Part shown: positions 27,601 to 40,115 of the stretch, one piece after another
Numbering within the stretch: the stretch's first letter is position 1
How the letters are laid out: each line of letters begins with the position of its first letter
Assembly (NCBI GenBank): GCA_025201805.1
Contig: MU619255.1
Span: 175,034-238,462 of the forward strand
Length of the DNA stretch: 63,429 nt
Direction of reading: 5' to 3'
DNA from: Parasitella parasitica NRRL 2501
Lineage: Eukaryota > Fungi > Mucoromycota
Program-made: the position numbers and the translations under genes
Notes under the pieces: model-generated
Database searches by the model: none
Told to the model about the DNA's origin: nothing
What the model saw: the letters and a program-made list of their open reading frames with translations, nothing else

Positions 27601-29541
27601 TCTTGTCAAATATTGTTATATTATATGGATGTTTTAACAAGTACAAATAATATTGTTTATCGGCTCTGTTCTGTGTAGGTCTGTATTGATTTTGTTAAGG
27701 TTAAAATGAGTTGACTTCTCAACAACTACTAACTTGCATCAAAATGTACCTATAAATCGATAACAGTTGTTTGGTATGCCTCTGGGCGATGGGTGTAGCA
27801 AGAAGCAACGCAATCATAAAATCAAACTTTTTGAAACAGCTAAAATGCCATCAGGATCTAATTTGTGGAAACATATGATAAAATTTCAGTAGTAGTAGCA
27901 TCAAGCCCAAAGTTTGAGGCACGTATCTACTACGTTTTGTAAAAGCAATAAGCAGCTAATAAAGGCTGTATCTGTCTAAATGATGCTTCACTCCGCATAG
28001 ATACTATCAAAAATTTGAAAATACCAAGAATTAGTATGCCATTTATTTCAGACACACGGTGTTCTGGCAACTCAAAAACGTTTTAAACAACTGCTATTGA
28101 TCTATGTATTCATTTTGATGTAAATTTGCAGCTTTTTGAAAACTTTTTTTTTTCAATCCAATTTTGGCCTTATGGTACCTGGTCTAAAAACTGATTTTTG
28201 ACAAAATCCAATTTTGAACCGAGAAACGAAACTTTTTACTAAGGCATATATTGAAGGTATTTGTTCCTAGATAGTGTGTCTACACAATGATAGTGTTTAT
28301 TTGGAGAATGCAAGCCAAATTTTTTGACTTTTCTTTAAAAAACTCAAAATCCACTTTATCATCAATACGGATACAATTTTTTGTTAAAATTGGAAAACAA
28401 AATCTGCCATTGAATAGAACACAATTGACTCTTTGTTCTATGTTATTACACTTTTGAGTGTTAAATATGCATTAGAATCTACAAATATTCTTGAAAGAAC
28501 ATTTTATTTCTGAAAATGGCAAAATAGAAGAAAAATGAGCAGGATGCCAAATAGTTTTTTAAATTCCGCTACAAGCTTATTAGAATCATATTAACAATAA
28601 ATAGAAAATTTACTACCGGTAATGGGGATGTAAAAGCAGATAATTTATACAAAGTTTTACTAATTTATTTCTTTTAAGTATCGAGCTTGTGTATATGACA
28701 ATCAGTTTATAAATACTAGATTTAAATGTCAACGATTTCGCCAATTCGTAATTGATTTGTCGCTTCAGTGGTCAGCGTTGTCCAACATTTTTTGTATCCA
28801 TGATGACAAAAGGCTCTCGTTTTTCTTAGAAAATTTCCATCCAATTTTTAACTATCAGTGCCTACATTATATCAAATTAGCTCAAGCGTTTAAATGGAGT
28901 CTTGATTTGTTTCTATCCCCAAATACTTGACGGAGGATTTGGCATGAGACTAGGTGGGATTCACAAATGTTGCTTGTTTGAAAATACATGCTTTTCCAAT
29001 GTTACTCAGTTATATCTTATGTGGTCCGAGGGACCAGATAATAAAATCAATGTTGCTGCTTTTTATCTATCTTAATGGTACTCAGGTACAAGGTTTATTT
29101 CAATTTTACACCGTGGATCAGGAGCCAAAACTGTATAATAAGACAAGCCTATAATAAAAAAAACTTACTATTTATTAGTCTTCATATCATTATGATAGAG
29201 TGCGTCAATTAATTGATATTAATCCCATAAGAGGTATAGGTGGTTGCTCTTCAATATAAGAAATGTACATGATTTGCTATTTCCAGGAACCCATTTCTTT
29301 ATCATATAGCTCTGAAGTGCGGGTTCATGCCGAAATTCAGAGTCTTTTGTGAAGTATTAGATCCTATAATGACCCTCTGCATCTTCTGCTGCAACATGTA
29401 TTCTAATCGACCGAAAGTGCGGAGAGCGTTGACCTTCTAATTGGTGTCTTTATCAGTTTTTTTTAGTCATTGCGTGTCACGCAAGTAGTTTAAAAGATTT
29501 GGAATGTTCAATTGACACATCAGGAACCTTTCCTTCACAAG

Positions 29542-30066
29542 ATGTCTGATATCCGTGTTATCTTAGTTGATGCAAGCTATGCTCAAGTTCTTTCCACATT
29601 AGGAAGAAGATTATTTGCCGAGACATTCGGTCCTGACAATGCACCAACCAACATGGAAGCTTATCTGGATGAAAGTTATACACCTGAAATTCAAGAAAAA
29701 GAGTTAAACGATCCCAATGTCAATACATTCATGGCCTTTGACGAACATGATGTACCTGTGGGATTCTGTCAATTGCGTCAAAGCGAGAAAGTATATGATT
29801 TCATTGGAGATTCAGAAGCAATTGAATTACAAAGAATTTATGTAGACAAAAACTGTGCTGGAAAAGGTATCGGCGGAAAGCTAATGTCGTATTGCATTGC
29901 TAAAGCAAGAGAATTGAACAAGAAGACTATGTGGCTCGGTGTTTGGGAATTCAATCCTACGGCTATCAAATTTTACACAAACAAGGGCTTTTATAAAGTG
30001 GGAACCCACGTGTTTAAAGTGGGTGATCAAGAGGATACTGATAATGTTATGATTTTGAAGTTGTAA
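29542..30066 (+). CDS. GNAT acetyltransferase, bacterial PaiA (spermidine/spermine N1-acetyltransferase)-like; intronless
   Basis: FAETFGPDNAPTNMEAYLDESY, IELQRIYVDK..GKGIGGKLM, WLGVWEFNPTAIKFYTNKGF and GTHVFKVGDQEDTDNVM match PaiA-family motifs. First ATG is at 29542. Confidence 0.88.
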   Translation: MSDIRVILVDASYAQVLSTLGRRLFAETFGPDNAPTNMEAYLDESYTPEIQEKELNDPNVNTFMAFDEHDVPVGFCQLRQSEKVYDFIGDSEAIELQRIYVDKNCAGKGIGGKLMSYCIAKARELNKKTMWLGVWEFNPTAIKFYTNKGFYKVGTHVFKVGDQEDTDNVMILKL

Positions 30067-32045
30067 AGAAATATTTTTTGTTTTTGCAAAGCTTGAATAG
30101 ATGAATAAAAAAAAGAAAAAAAAAGTTTAGATGATTATATTCGAGCGTTCAATACAAAGTTTGCCCTGCGCATTACTTTCTCAGCTTTACATCATAAATA
30201 ACAATTAGCGTTCATTTATACCTATAACAGTTTTATTGTTTCTATTTGCGATGCACTAAATCTGAGGATAAGAAGTTCTAACGTTGACGACTGAATATGT
30301 CTAGAGGGTCAACTAGATTTATTTACTTTTTCAGATTATTTTTGATAAGTTCTAATATAAAGGAAATAAGCCGAGAGATCAACACTTTGTAAAAAGAAAA
30401 CTTTCCATCAGTATCTACAGTAGTAAATTTCCATCCTTCAATGCTAACACTATCATTTTACACTATGAAAATAACGATAACAGACAATCATAATTACTTT
30501 TGATAGTAACAAAATTTTTACACAACTAAAATAACATAAGCTGAAGCAAATCATAATATAATTATAGTGGGCAACAAGCGCATACGTCAAGGCAAGGGTT
30601 GTTTTAAGCGCATCATAAGCATTAATAACAACCGCGGTGCCAATTATACGCATGACCGGCTGGTCTGCGCCGCTTAGCGAGCTGCAGACGTCTCTCTTTC
30701 TCGCTTATTATTGATGTTTTTGCTAAAGCTGTTCGGTGTCATCATCGCGCCACGCTTGCACATAAGTATTCGTCTATCGATGTGTATTACGTAGTTTGGA
30801 GAGATCTGACATTATGAATAGTTTAATTTAAATAGCCTTTGGTTTTTGACTTTTTTTCTTACTGTTGATTACTTGGTTTACAGGATATAGACCTGACAGA
30901 TTTGAGTCAGATTGACTATTATTATGCCTATGTTATTATGATAATTCTTGGCGTATTTGTGATCTGAATTGTTTGCGCACATGCGACAACAGTTCAATGA
31001 ACATGTCGTTTAAATTTTTTCCAAATAGATACATTGTATACTGTGCAATTTAAACAGTTGTTTAGCTTGCCAGTTTCTCCACAATGAGAATATCCTAAAG
31101 ACAGTAAATAATGTTAAGCTGAAGGAATATGAAGGGATAATGGTATATAAAAAGACTTGTATAGTTATGGGTAGTTGACGAAAAAATCCAAAAAAAAAAA
31201 AAAAAGATATTCTCGTTGACAAGAGACTTGTTGGTGTGTGTGATGATTTACATAACATGATTATGTATTATCTATGAAACACCCAAATCAATATAAAAAA
31301 GAACAAATCTTGAAAGATATTGGCAGATATTAAAACATTTGTGAAAGTATTTATCAATATCCACCTAATATTTCTTCTTGTTATCTAACTTTAAAATAAA
31401 ATCCTTATCGATTTTTAATGTTGATTTGTTACAACCGATCAACACTCCTTATAAAGTTAATTACTACCATAAAACTAGCTTACCACTGCCAAATTGCCTC
31501 TTGGCTAGCAATATCTATAAGTGTTCTATATTAAGTAATGGCTCAGATGTGAATGTTAGCAAATGGAAATGGCAACCTTGCCATTTACATAGTACATCGT
31601 TTTACACACCTACTAGATGATTTAAATCCATCACAACATGAATCAAGTAATTGCATTGGCCAAATACATAAAAAAAATTAGAGCTTTCAAACTAATCACG
31701 CTTAGGTTTTACTAATATAGTCGACAAGGTGATTATGAAACTCGGTATGAAAATAATAACCTGTCTGTAACAAGAGAAAATAATTTTGTAAATATTCTCG
31801 TGTATATCGCATATTACTCGAATAAATAAACACCCTGTAAATCTTTTGTAAACAGAGTGTAGATCATCATTATTGAGAAACGCATCCTATTTCGTCTATC
31901 TTATAAGTCCAATTATTCATTACTAACGTATTATGTATTAAATAAATCTTTGATTTCTTTAACAGAATGCGCGATCATATATGTATAGCATATTACATAC
32001 ATATATACCTGCATGGTTTTCTTCTTTTTCATTTATTTGCAACTT

Positions 32046-32081
<36 letters not shown>

Positions 32082-33702
32082 CATATTAGGAGATTTGGTC
32101 ATATCGTAACGAGTGAAGCTATCGGAATGTGCAGTGTAATAAGAATTTAGGAATCGTGATGAAAAACACTCTTCCTAGTGTTATCAAGTCCAAGTTTGAA
32201 GTGCCATGTATACATGATGTTCTTTTCGTTGTACCTCTCTGATTTGATATGTAATTATATTCGTATATTGCCCGCTGTCCTTTTTACCGAGTTTCTTTTC
32301 TTTTTAAAAGCATTGCCATCTCCTCATTAGTATTGCAAAACTCTCCATCGAAGACAGATACTCCTTTGTTCACTTCATGTCTTTATAGGAAACATAAACT
32401 AATGAATGCCGTGAGAATACAGGCATCGACTAAAACGTAAAGTTCCTGATGGTAGGTGTTTGTTTTGCCTGGAAAATAAATAAAAACAGGTATGTACCTG
32501 GAGGATATCCATGTTCATGAGCTCCTTATTTTTGCGACAACTTCATTTTAGGTGATTAGCCACACCCGTTTTTATTTATAAAGGCAGAGCAACACATTTC
32601 GCCATTATAAAGAGATTCTAATAAGGGAATGTTGCTCTCAGTCTCGATACAAAATCAAAATCGGATGTCATGATAGCACTTCTTGGCAATCTATCGTTTT
32701 TTTTTTTTGTGAGTATATCTATGTGTATGCCTAAAATATATCATAAGTGAATCAAACATTGACAGTCTTTTAGCGCTTCGAACCTGAATAATCATAATAT
32801 ACCTCATGCCTTTTGTTGCTCCTTGAAACACTATAACTTTTAGGGGAGAGGAAATAACTTTTGCTTGTTGAACAATTTGACTTTTATAGCCATTTTCAAA
32901 GATGCGCCGCACTTTTACCATTATAATTGACACTATAATAAATTCTTTATTCGTTATGATCGATGAATCTTGTAATGTATGTAGAATGTAATGCTGCTAA
33001 CTGCTCATGTCACAAGTGTGTATGCGTTATGTAGGAATAATTTTAATGCAGCAGACCACCATCATTATATAATTTCAAGCCATCAGTGAAATGGCTTTAA
33101 TTACTCACGATGTGTTGATAGAAAGAAATATTCAGCATTTTACTATGTATATTAATACTAATCTTCCCCAAGGGGGTTGATATCAAGCTAGTGCTTTAAT
33201 TTCGTCGTATATCACACATCTGTGAACACACCATCTGTTCTAAATACAATTGAGAATGCTTGGATGGTCTTCGAATTCACAACCTGTATTTACAAGCTAT
33301 AAATCAGCAGCAGCAGATAGAGGATGGTGTTATTTTATTATACAGACCATATCCCTTTTTAAAGTTTCTCCCTTTCTTTTGCTCCTAAATTTAATCACAT
33401 TTTCTTGAGAAACAACTAGTATGATTACCCAAAATAAACAAATAGTGGGTGTAGCTAATAAGATAATAATAGTAGTTGTCTATGCCTTTCTATTGATAAA
33501 TTTAGGCAATAATGCATATTATAAAGAATTGAACCGATTTTCTTTGCACTTTTCGTTCTTCTTTCTTTCTTTATTATTTTTTATTTTCTTAATTCTTTCT
33601 TGTTGGTTGCTATACTTTTCTATCGTAGCATAATATAATCAACACTCTCACATATCTACAGTGGCGCTTATCACATTATTCAGTAGTTTTGCTTTAGTTG
33701 CA

Positions 33703-36700
33703 ATGGCAGCCTCATCTTATGCAACCCCACGTATCGCCAGATCAAAAAGCGGAGCCGATCTCTTATTTGACCGAATGAAGCATGAACAATTTCGTCATGA
33801 GGAACAATTAGCAATCGAGTATTTGAATTCAAAATTGGATTTGTCTTTATCATTAGATAATCCACTTTTTGAAGAATTGAAAGACGGTGTTTTGTTATGC
33901 AAGTACGTATGCATAGGAGATGAGAGAGAGTGAGAGAGGAAGTGAGAGAGTGAGAGAGTGAAAAAAAAAAAAAAAAAGGAGGGAAAAAGATAGGGGTCCG
34001 TGTGTTATGGTTGGACAAGACATTGATTGTTTATCCTTGTAGTCTTGTAAATAAACTAAAGCCTGGCACAATCAAGCATGTGGGCCAAAGGGATTTATCA
34101 TTTATCAAGGTAAAAATGAATAGTTGGCAATACAACAATTTTTTAACCAATATTTCTTCTTTTTAGATGGACAATATCACTCGGTTCTTACAAGGAGCTA
34201 GACAGGTAAATATTTCTATAAACATATAATTGATTGTGAGGTGAAAGGGGAGGATTTGCGGTGCAAACTAGATATGAAAAAAAAAAATGAAGAAATTCAA
34301 CAATAGGAGAGCATATTATTAATTATCTTGTAAATGTAGCTTGGGCTCAAAAGCGCGCAGCTATTTGAGACTATAGATCTGTTTGAAGCCAAAGATATGA
34401 CAGCTGTAAGTCTTTTTCTCTCCTTAGTTTTGTATTATAGCAGACAATTTACCCCTGAATTTGTTTGTCTATATACACTACTCCCCTTCTTGAAACTAAA
34501 TCAATATTATTATTAGGTCATCCACACAATTTTAGCATTGTCTTGTCTAACCGAAAAACAAATTGCAGCGGCCCACGATCAACAGGAACTACTTAAGCAG
34601 CAATTACAAGAACGATTGGACGCAAGTGAAAACAATCAAGATGAAAACGACGAAATAATAGAGTTTGCTGCTGGTCATCAATCCATTAACACAGAAGATC
34701 GTTCATCTAGTTCTAATACCCGAGATAGCGGTAAGTCTTTATTCTTTTTAATAACAAAACAAGATGATTAACGTCAGCCACTTGGCTTTAGATCAAAATA
34801 ACGAAGATGATGAAGACGAAAAGCCAAATACTAAATACCGAGACGTACGAGATATTTTTGGTGGTTTCTCTTCGGAAGGAAATGATTCAAGACTTCGGTT
34901 AAATAGAGATGCACTTGCTGCTTCTCGCAAATCAGGCCTCCGATCTACCTACACTGCCCCTTCAGACACTTATGATCATGACGATGATTATCAACACCAT
35001 AAAGTGTCTCGCACAACACCCTCATCTCCTACCTCTAATAGCTTCTCAAGACCACCTAAATCACCACTTCGCCTTCCACCTCGATACGATGACCACAATG
35101 GCGATCTCCCTTCATTAGATCCAATGGCAACACATTCATCTGTATCCTCTTTCAATTCGTCTGTTTCTGCTATGCTTCCAAAAACGCCTAAAAACGCATC
35201 TATTCGCAACAAGCCTAAAGATATGTTGGAAGACATGACAAATCAGCAGCAAAAGCAAAAAAAGCAACAGCGTCGATTATCATCTCCTGTGGAGCGCAAT
35301 AAACGACAAAACAACACTTTTCCAAACCGAAATAATAACAACGGTGTTAATGCTTCTAGCTCCTCAAAGAAGCGGGCAGACTTAGAAATGATGAAAGAAG
35401 AAGTTGCACCACCTGTCAAAGGAGGCAGTTTGGGCCATAAATTGGATCGTCAGTATCGAGAAACAGCCAGCGAAATCTTGTCAAAGAAACCCGCTGAGGA
35501 TGACAAAGAGGAAAGACTATTATCTCATACTAAAGATGACCAAACCACTACACACTATGTAAGTTTTTTTCTTTTTCCAAAACATCAAGTACATAAAACT
35601 CACACAATCATTGGCCATGTAGCAATTGGGTAACTGCATTGGTAAAGGCCAATTTGGTTCTGTATATCGTGCGCTTGATTTAGCAACAGGAGAAATCGTG
35701 GCTGTCAAACGACTCTTGTTTGAAAATGGCGAACTTGATCAGGAAGTGATGGTAAAGAGTCTCCCTAACCACGACACTCCTTGTTATTTATATTCTAACT
35801 TGTTTATACTTTACATGAAACAGAAAGAAGTCGCTTTACTCAAGACCCTCTCGCATTCTAATGTCATTCGCTATTTGGGCTTCATCCAAAGCAAGCATAG
35901 CGTGAACATTATCTTGGAATTTGCTGAAAATGGCTCTCTCATGTCAACATTAAAGGCATTTGGCGCATTTCCCGAGAAATTGGTAGCTTCCTTCTGTATG
36001 AAGATCTTGAATGGCTTGGAATACCTTCACCAAAACCAAGTGGTTCATTGCGATTTAAAAGCTGCCAACATATTGACTACCAAAACAGGTGATGTCAAAC
36101 TAACCGATTTTGGCGTGTCCCTGAATCTGAAGATCAAAGGAGCTGATGCAGGCTCTGTCTCAGGCACACCCAACTGGAGTAAGTCTTTTTATAGTTATAC
36201 AAATCATGTCCAATGTTAACCTTGTTTCTAGTGGCACCCGAGGTCATTGAGCTGAAAGGCGCATCCACAAAATCAGACATCTGGTCTCTTGGCTGCACAC
36301 TTGTCGAACTTGTTACCGGCAAACCCCCTTACGCTGACATGATTGCTATGTCTGCCATGTTCCGTATCGTCGAAGATCAATGCCCACCTTTACCTGAGAA
36401 CATTTCTTCTGACATGAAAGACTTTTTGGAGGCATGTTTCCAAAAGGACCCTGAGTCTCGCCCATCAGCTACTCAATTGAAGCAACATCCCTGGATATTG
36501 CAGAATCAACAGCGCATCAAAAAGACTGAAACTTATTCCCATGATTTATCAAGCTACTTGAGAAACCATCCTCAGCCCGTACCTCTTTCTGAAGCCTCGG
36601 ACGAAGATCAATCCCAGCCAGAAGAAATGGATCAAAGCAACTTGACGTTGAGAAATAGCAGCGGTATCGATATGGGTGAAAGCCAAATGACTCTTTACGA

Positions 36701-37429
36701 TGATGACGAGGAAGACTCTGAGCAACAAGTTGAACGTCTCAAGGTGCCACTTGGCTTGAGAGACGAAGAAGATTATATCACTCATCGCTTTATCCATACT
36801 TCTTTTGGCAAAGGTATATACATATGGAAAAAAAACAAACTTGTTTAAAACATTGACTAACATTAAATGACTGTAGTTGTCGAATGTAAGGTCTGTGGTG
36901 ATGTAATGACTGCACAATCCATCTTCTGTGAAATATGTGCCCTCATCTGCCACGAGCATTGTAAAAAATCAGCATTTTCTTGTCCTCCCAAGGTCAACGA
37001 ACAGCAGCCATCCTACGATGTAAGTTTTATAGCACACTGACTCCAAATGAATACATATACTGACAGAATCTATAGTGGGTTTTCTCTGCCAAGATCTACA
37101 ACCGCAGCCGTAAATCTCATGACATAAGAGTCATCCCCAACTCAAAGAACAGCAGCATCCGAAAAACGTCACCAGTTCAATTGAAGCCCGAGGATGCAGA
37201 AAGTATTCGACAATACGCACTGGCACTTGGTTTGACACCACAGGAAGAACAGGCCTTAAACGGCAATCAAGCTTTATTGTCCCATACTCTGTTGCTACAG
37301 CAGCAAAACAAGATTGATCCCGGAACTCTAAGACACAAAGCCATGACAACAAGATCATTAGGAAAGAACGAAAAGAAGAAACGACATCTCAATGGCAGAA
37401 GACAATCTGAAGAATGCATCATTTCTTGA
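33703..37429 (+). CDS. Ser/Thr protein kinase (Cdc15/SepH/Cdc7-type catalytic domain) with N-terminal CH domain, C1 domain and C-terminal CAAX; about 12 exons
   Basis: CH: [13 protein letters not shown]|[10 protein letters not shown]...|[13 protein letters not shown]|[15 protein letters not shown]|VIHTILAL. Kinase: [43 protein letters not shown]|[16 protein letters not shown]1: [10 protein letters not shown]|[26 protein letters not shown]. Ends KKKR...EECIIS*. Confidence 0.88.
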
Positions 37430-37773
37430 GCATTTTTTTTTTTTTTTTTAATATTTATCTTTTTTAATGTAAATGTATATCTTAGCCTTTTATTATAATT
37501 ACTGCATCCTCTCCCCTACTCCTCCCCTCCGCACCCATACTCACATAATTCTCTTAGTTTAAGATAAAAACGCAAGTTTTTATTTTGTTTGAAATAAAAA
37601 AAAATATTTAAAGCAGCCAAAAGTTCTCTATGTATTATCTAAGCAGGGCATCTCGTAGCATTATTCGTAGCTCACATTGAGTAAAACGCACCCCCATAGC
37701 AGGACAGAAAAGAAAAAATAATTGATTTATTTGAATTATATAGGTATATTTTGTTACTGTTGTTGGTCTAATG

Positions 37774-39496
37774 CTAACGTTTGCGCTTGCTACGGCGTGG
37801 ATTTTGAGATACATTGGTTGTTATTGGAGACGGCATAGGCTACAAAACGATGAGTTTACGTTATCTGGTAAAATATGCTCGAAACTTACATTGCGCTGAC
37901 GACCTCCAGGACCTCTCTTTCCGGTTGCATTATTATTGCTGTTTCTTTGATTTGCTTTTGTACTAGAATTGACAGTAACAGTTCTTCCAATATGTGAGGC
38001 TGTAGCATTACTTTCATCACGCTTTCTCTTCAATGTTGTTGTTGGGGTTGACTTGGTGATTTTTGGCGCAATAGTGATGACTCTACCGTTATTCGCTTTA
38101 GGTGCATCTTTGTTGACCATATTCACCTTACGTTGGTTGATGATATTTTTCTTATTTTGCAGAATAATACCACCCTTGTTTAGCATATTTACATTCTTTT
38201 GCTTCTTACTTAATACATTGTATTTTGTCACATTTACTGTTATGTTCTTCTTGTTTTTGGTGGCAGTTGCGGGAGGATTTGCTTTAGTAATTCGACCCTT
38301 TTGAATCTTTTTAAGAGCAGGTGCCTTTACCGTTGACACTACCGCCTTTTTACTATTGTTTTTGGCATTGCTGTTCGTTTTCTTTCCTTGTTTTTCCTTC
38401 TCTTCCATTTTTTTCTCAGGTAATCCAAATCGTTCCGCACGTTTTTTCAGCATGTCCTTTTGAGCATCGGTGGACACCCTTTTCTTTTTCTTGCCATTTT
38501 CTTTGTTATTTCCCGTAGTTTCTTTGCTTTTATTGGAGTTTTTCGCAGCGGTGGGCGTAGTTTTGGAATCAGCGTTGGCGGTGGTAGTTGCAATGCCAAA
38601 CCGTGCAGCTCGAATTTCTTTCATCTCCTTTTCGTCCAGCTTGACTCCAAAGCGCTTTGATCTTTCCAATCGACGCTCTGCTTCTAATCGTAACTTTTCG
38701 GCTTTATCATCGAGACTTTTAGGGGGTACAGACGTGGCTTTGGCAGCAGCAACAGCAGCAGCAGCAGCAGCTTTAGGTTTCGATGTGATAACGCGAGCAA
38801 CAGTAGTTGTCGCTGCTATAGGAGTACTGGCGGTATCTGCAATGGAGGGCTTTTTGTCAAACGTAATGGGAGTAAATTTAAAAGTCGAGCTGACGGTAGT
38901 TTTCACAGTGGCTGTGATTGTTGCAGCAGAATTGGTGGAGTTTATTTTGGGAGTCTCTGTTTGTTTTACGACGGTATCAACTGTTTCAGTCGCGCTGATG
39001 CTGGCGATAGGCGATGCCGCAGTGCTGCTTGGTGATGTCGCAGGGGCGGATGAAGCTGTCGACTTTGTTGTCTTTTTCTCGTTAAAAATGAAATCAACAT
39101 CTTCATCGTCAGACAAGACACTCTCCTTCAAAGGAAGTTTCTCAAGAGCAAAAATATCGTCTGTGGCAAGCTCACTGCTATATATGCAGTTTTCGCCTTT
39201 GATGTTAGTGCTTGCAATATGCATGTCGCTTTCTACAAAAAAGAAAAAACTTACACAGGAGTTTTGCTCTCATCAAAATCGCCATCTAATTCAAATTCTT
39301 TCTCTAGACTCTCTAGTGCTTTACGCTCGTCATCCTTGACAAGTCTTGCAACCAACTCTTCTTTTTTGCCACTCGTAGAAAGGCCGTTCTTTTGTAACAG
39401 CTCTAAATAGCGTTTTATTAGGTTGAAAAATGTATAAGATTGTATATATTTACCTTGAAGCTCTTTGACTTTGAGGGCTTTGTACTTTTCAGACAT
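37774..39496 (-). CDS. THO1: SAP-domain mRNA export factor Tho1/SARNP-like (multi-exon)
   Basis: SAP: YKALKVKELQ|ELLQKNGLSTSGKKEELVARL. Three RxxRFG motifs: ERSKRFGV, RAARFGI, KRAERFGL. The last exon ends PRRSKRKR* at 37774. Confidence 0.8.
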
Positions 39497-40115
39497 TTGT
39501 AACGAGAAGGAGTGAAAAGAGCAGAAAGAATTAAATAGGGATTTCGTGGTATATATAGGCAAATTTTTACTCTTTGGCCTGATGCTGTGGTGGTAATTTG
39601 GACTGCCAATGTCTCGTGCTATGTGCTCTTTTTCTGTTGATGATCCAATGGTACACGGATGTCCACTTCCATGTAAACCCTAGTAGCTATTGAATTTGCG
39701 TGTGCTTAGTGTAGACGTGTCAAGCATATCAGACTTCAGAACAAACTAGCCTTCAAAGAACCGTGTTTAATTGAGTCTGCCACGTTTCAACCTTTCAATA
39801 TAAACATTGCCAAAGTTCAAATGTGGGTTAAAATCCAAAAGTGCATGGCAAACCAACCCGGCTTATCAAATGTGCTTGTAAAACAAAAACCAGAACGCTG
39901 TGTATAGGTTATTTGATTCTCATGCTAGCAGCATTGAAAACCATCGCTCTAATGCAACTCAACATGTCTAGTCCTTGGCTTTAAAGATCCTCCATCATGA
40001 TACGATGACAGCGGAGGGGAAAAAAAAAAATACATAAACGCGGATACTCTTTCATTTCGTTTCCTTTCCTTTCCTATCTCTGTTCTGCGCGTTTCCATAT
40101 CAAAACTCAAACAAA

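Noticed and set aside
38470-39339. 289-aa plus-strand hydrophobic ORF
   Set aside because: Antisense shadow of the Ala/Thr/Lys-rich Tho1 exon.
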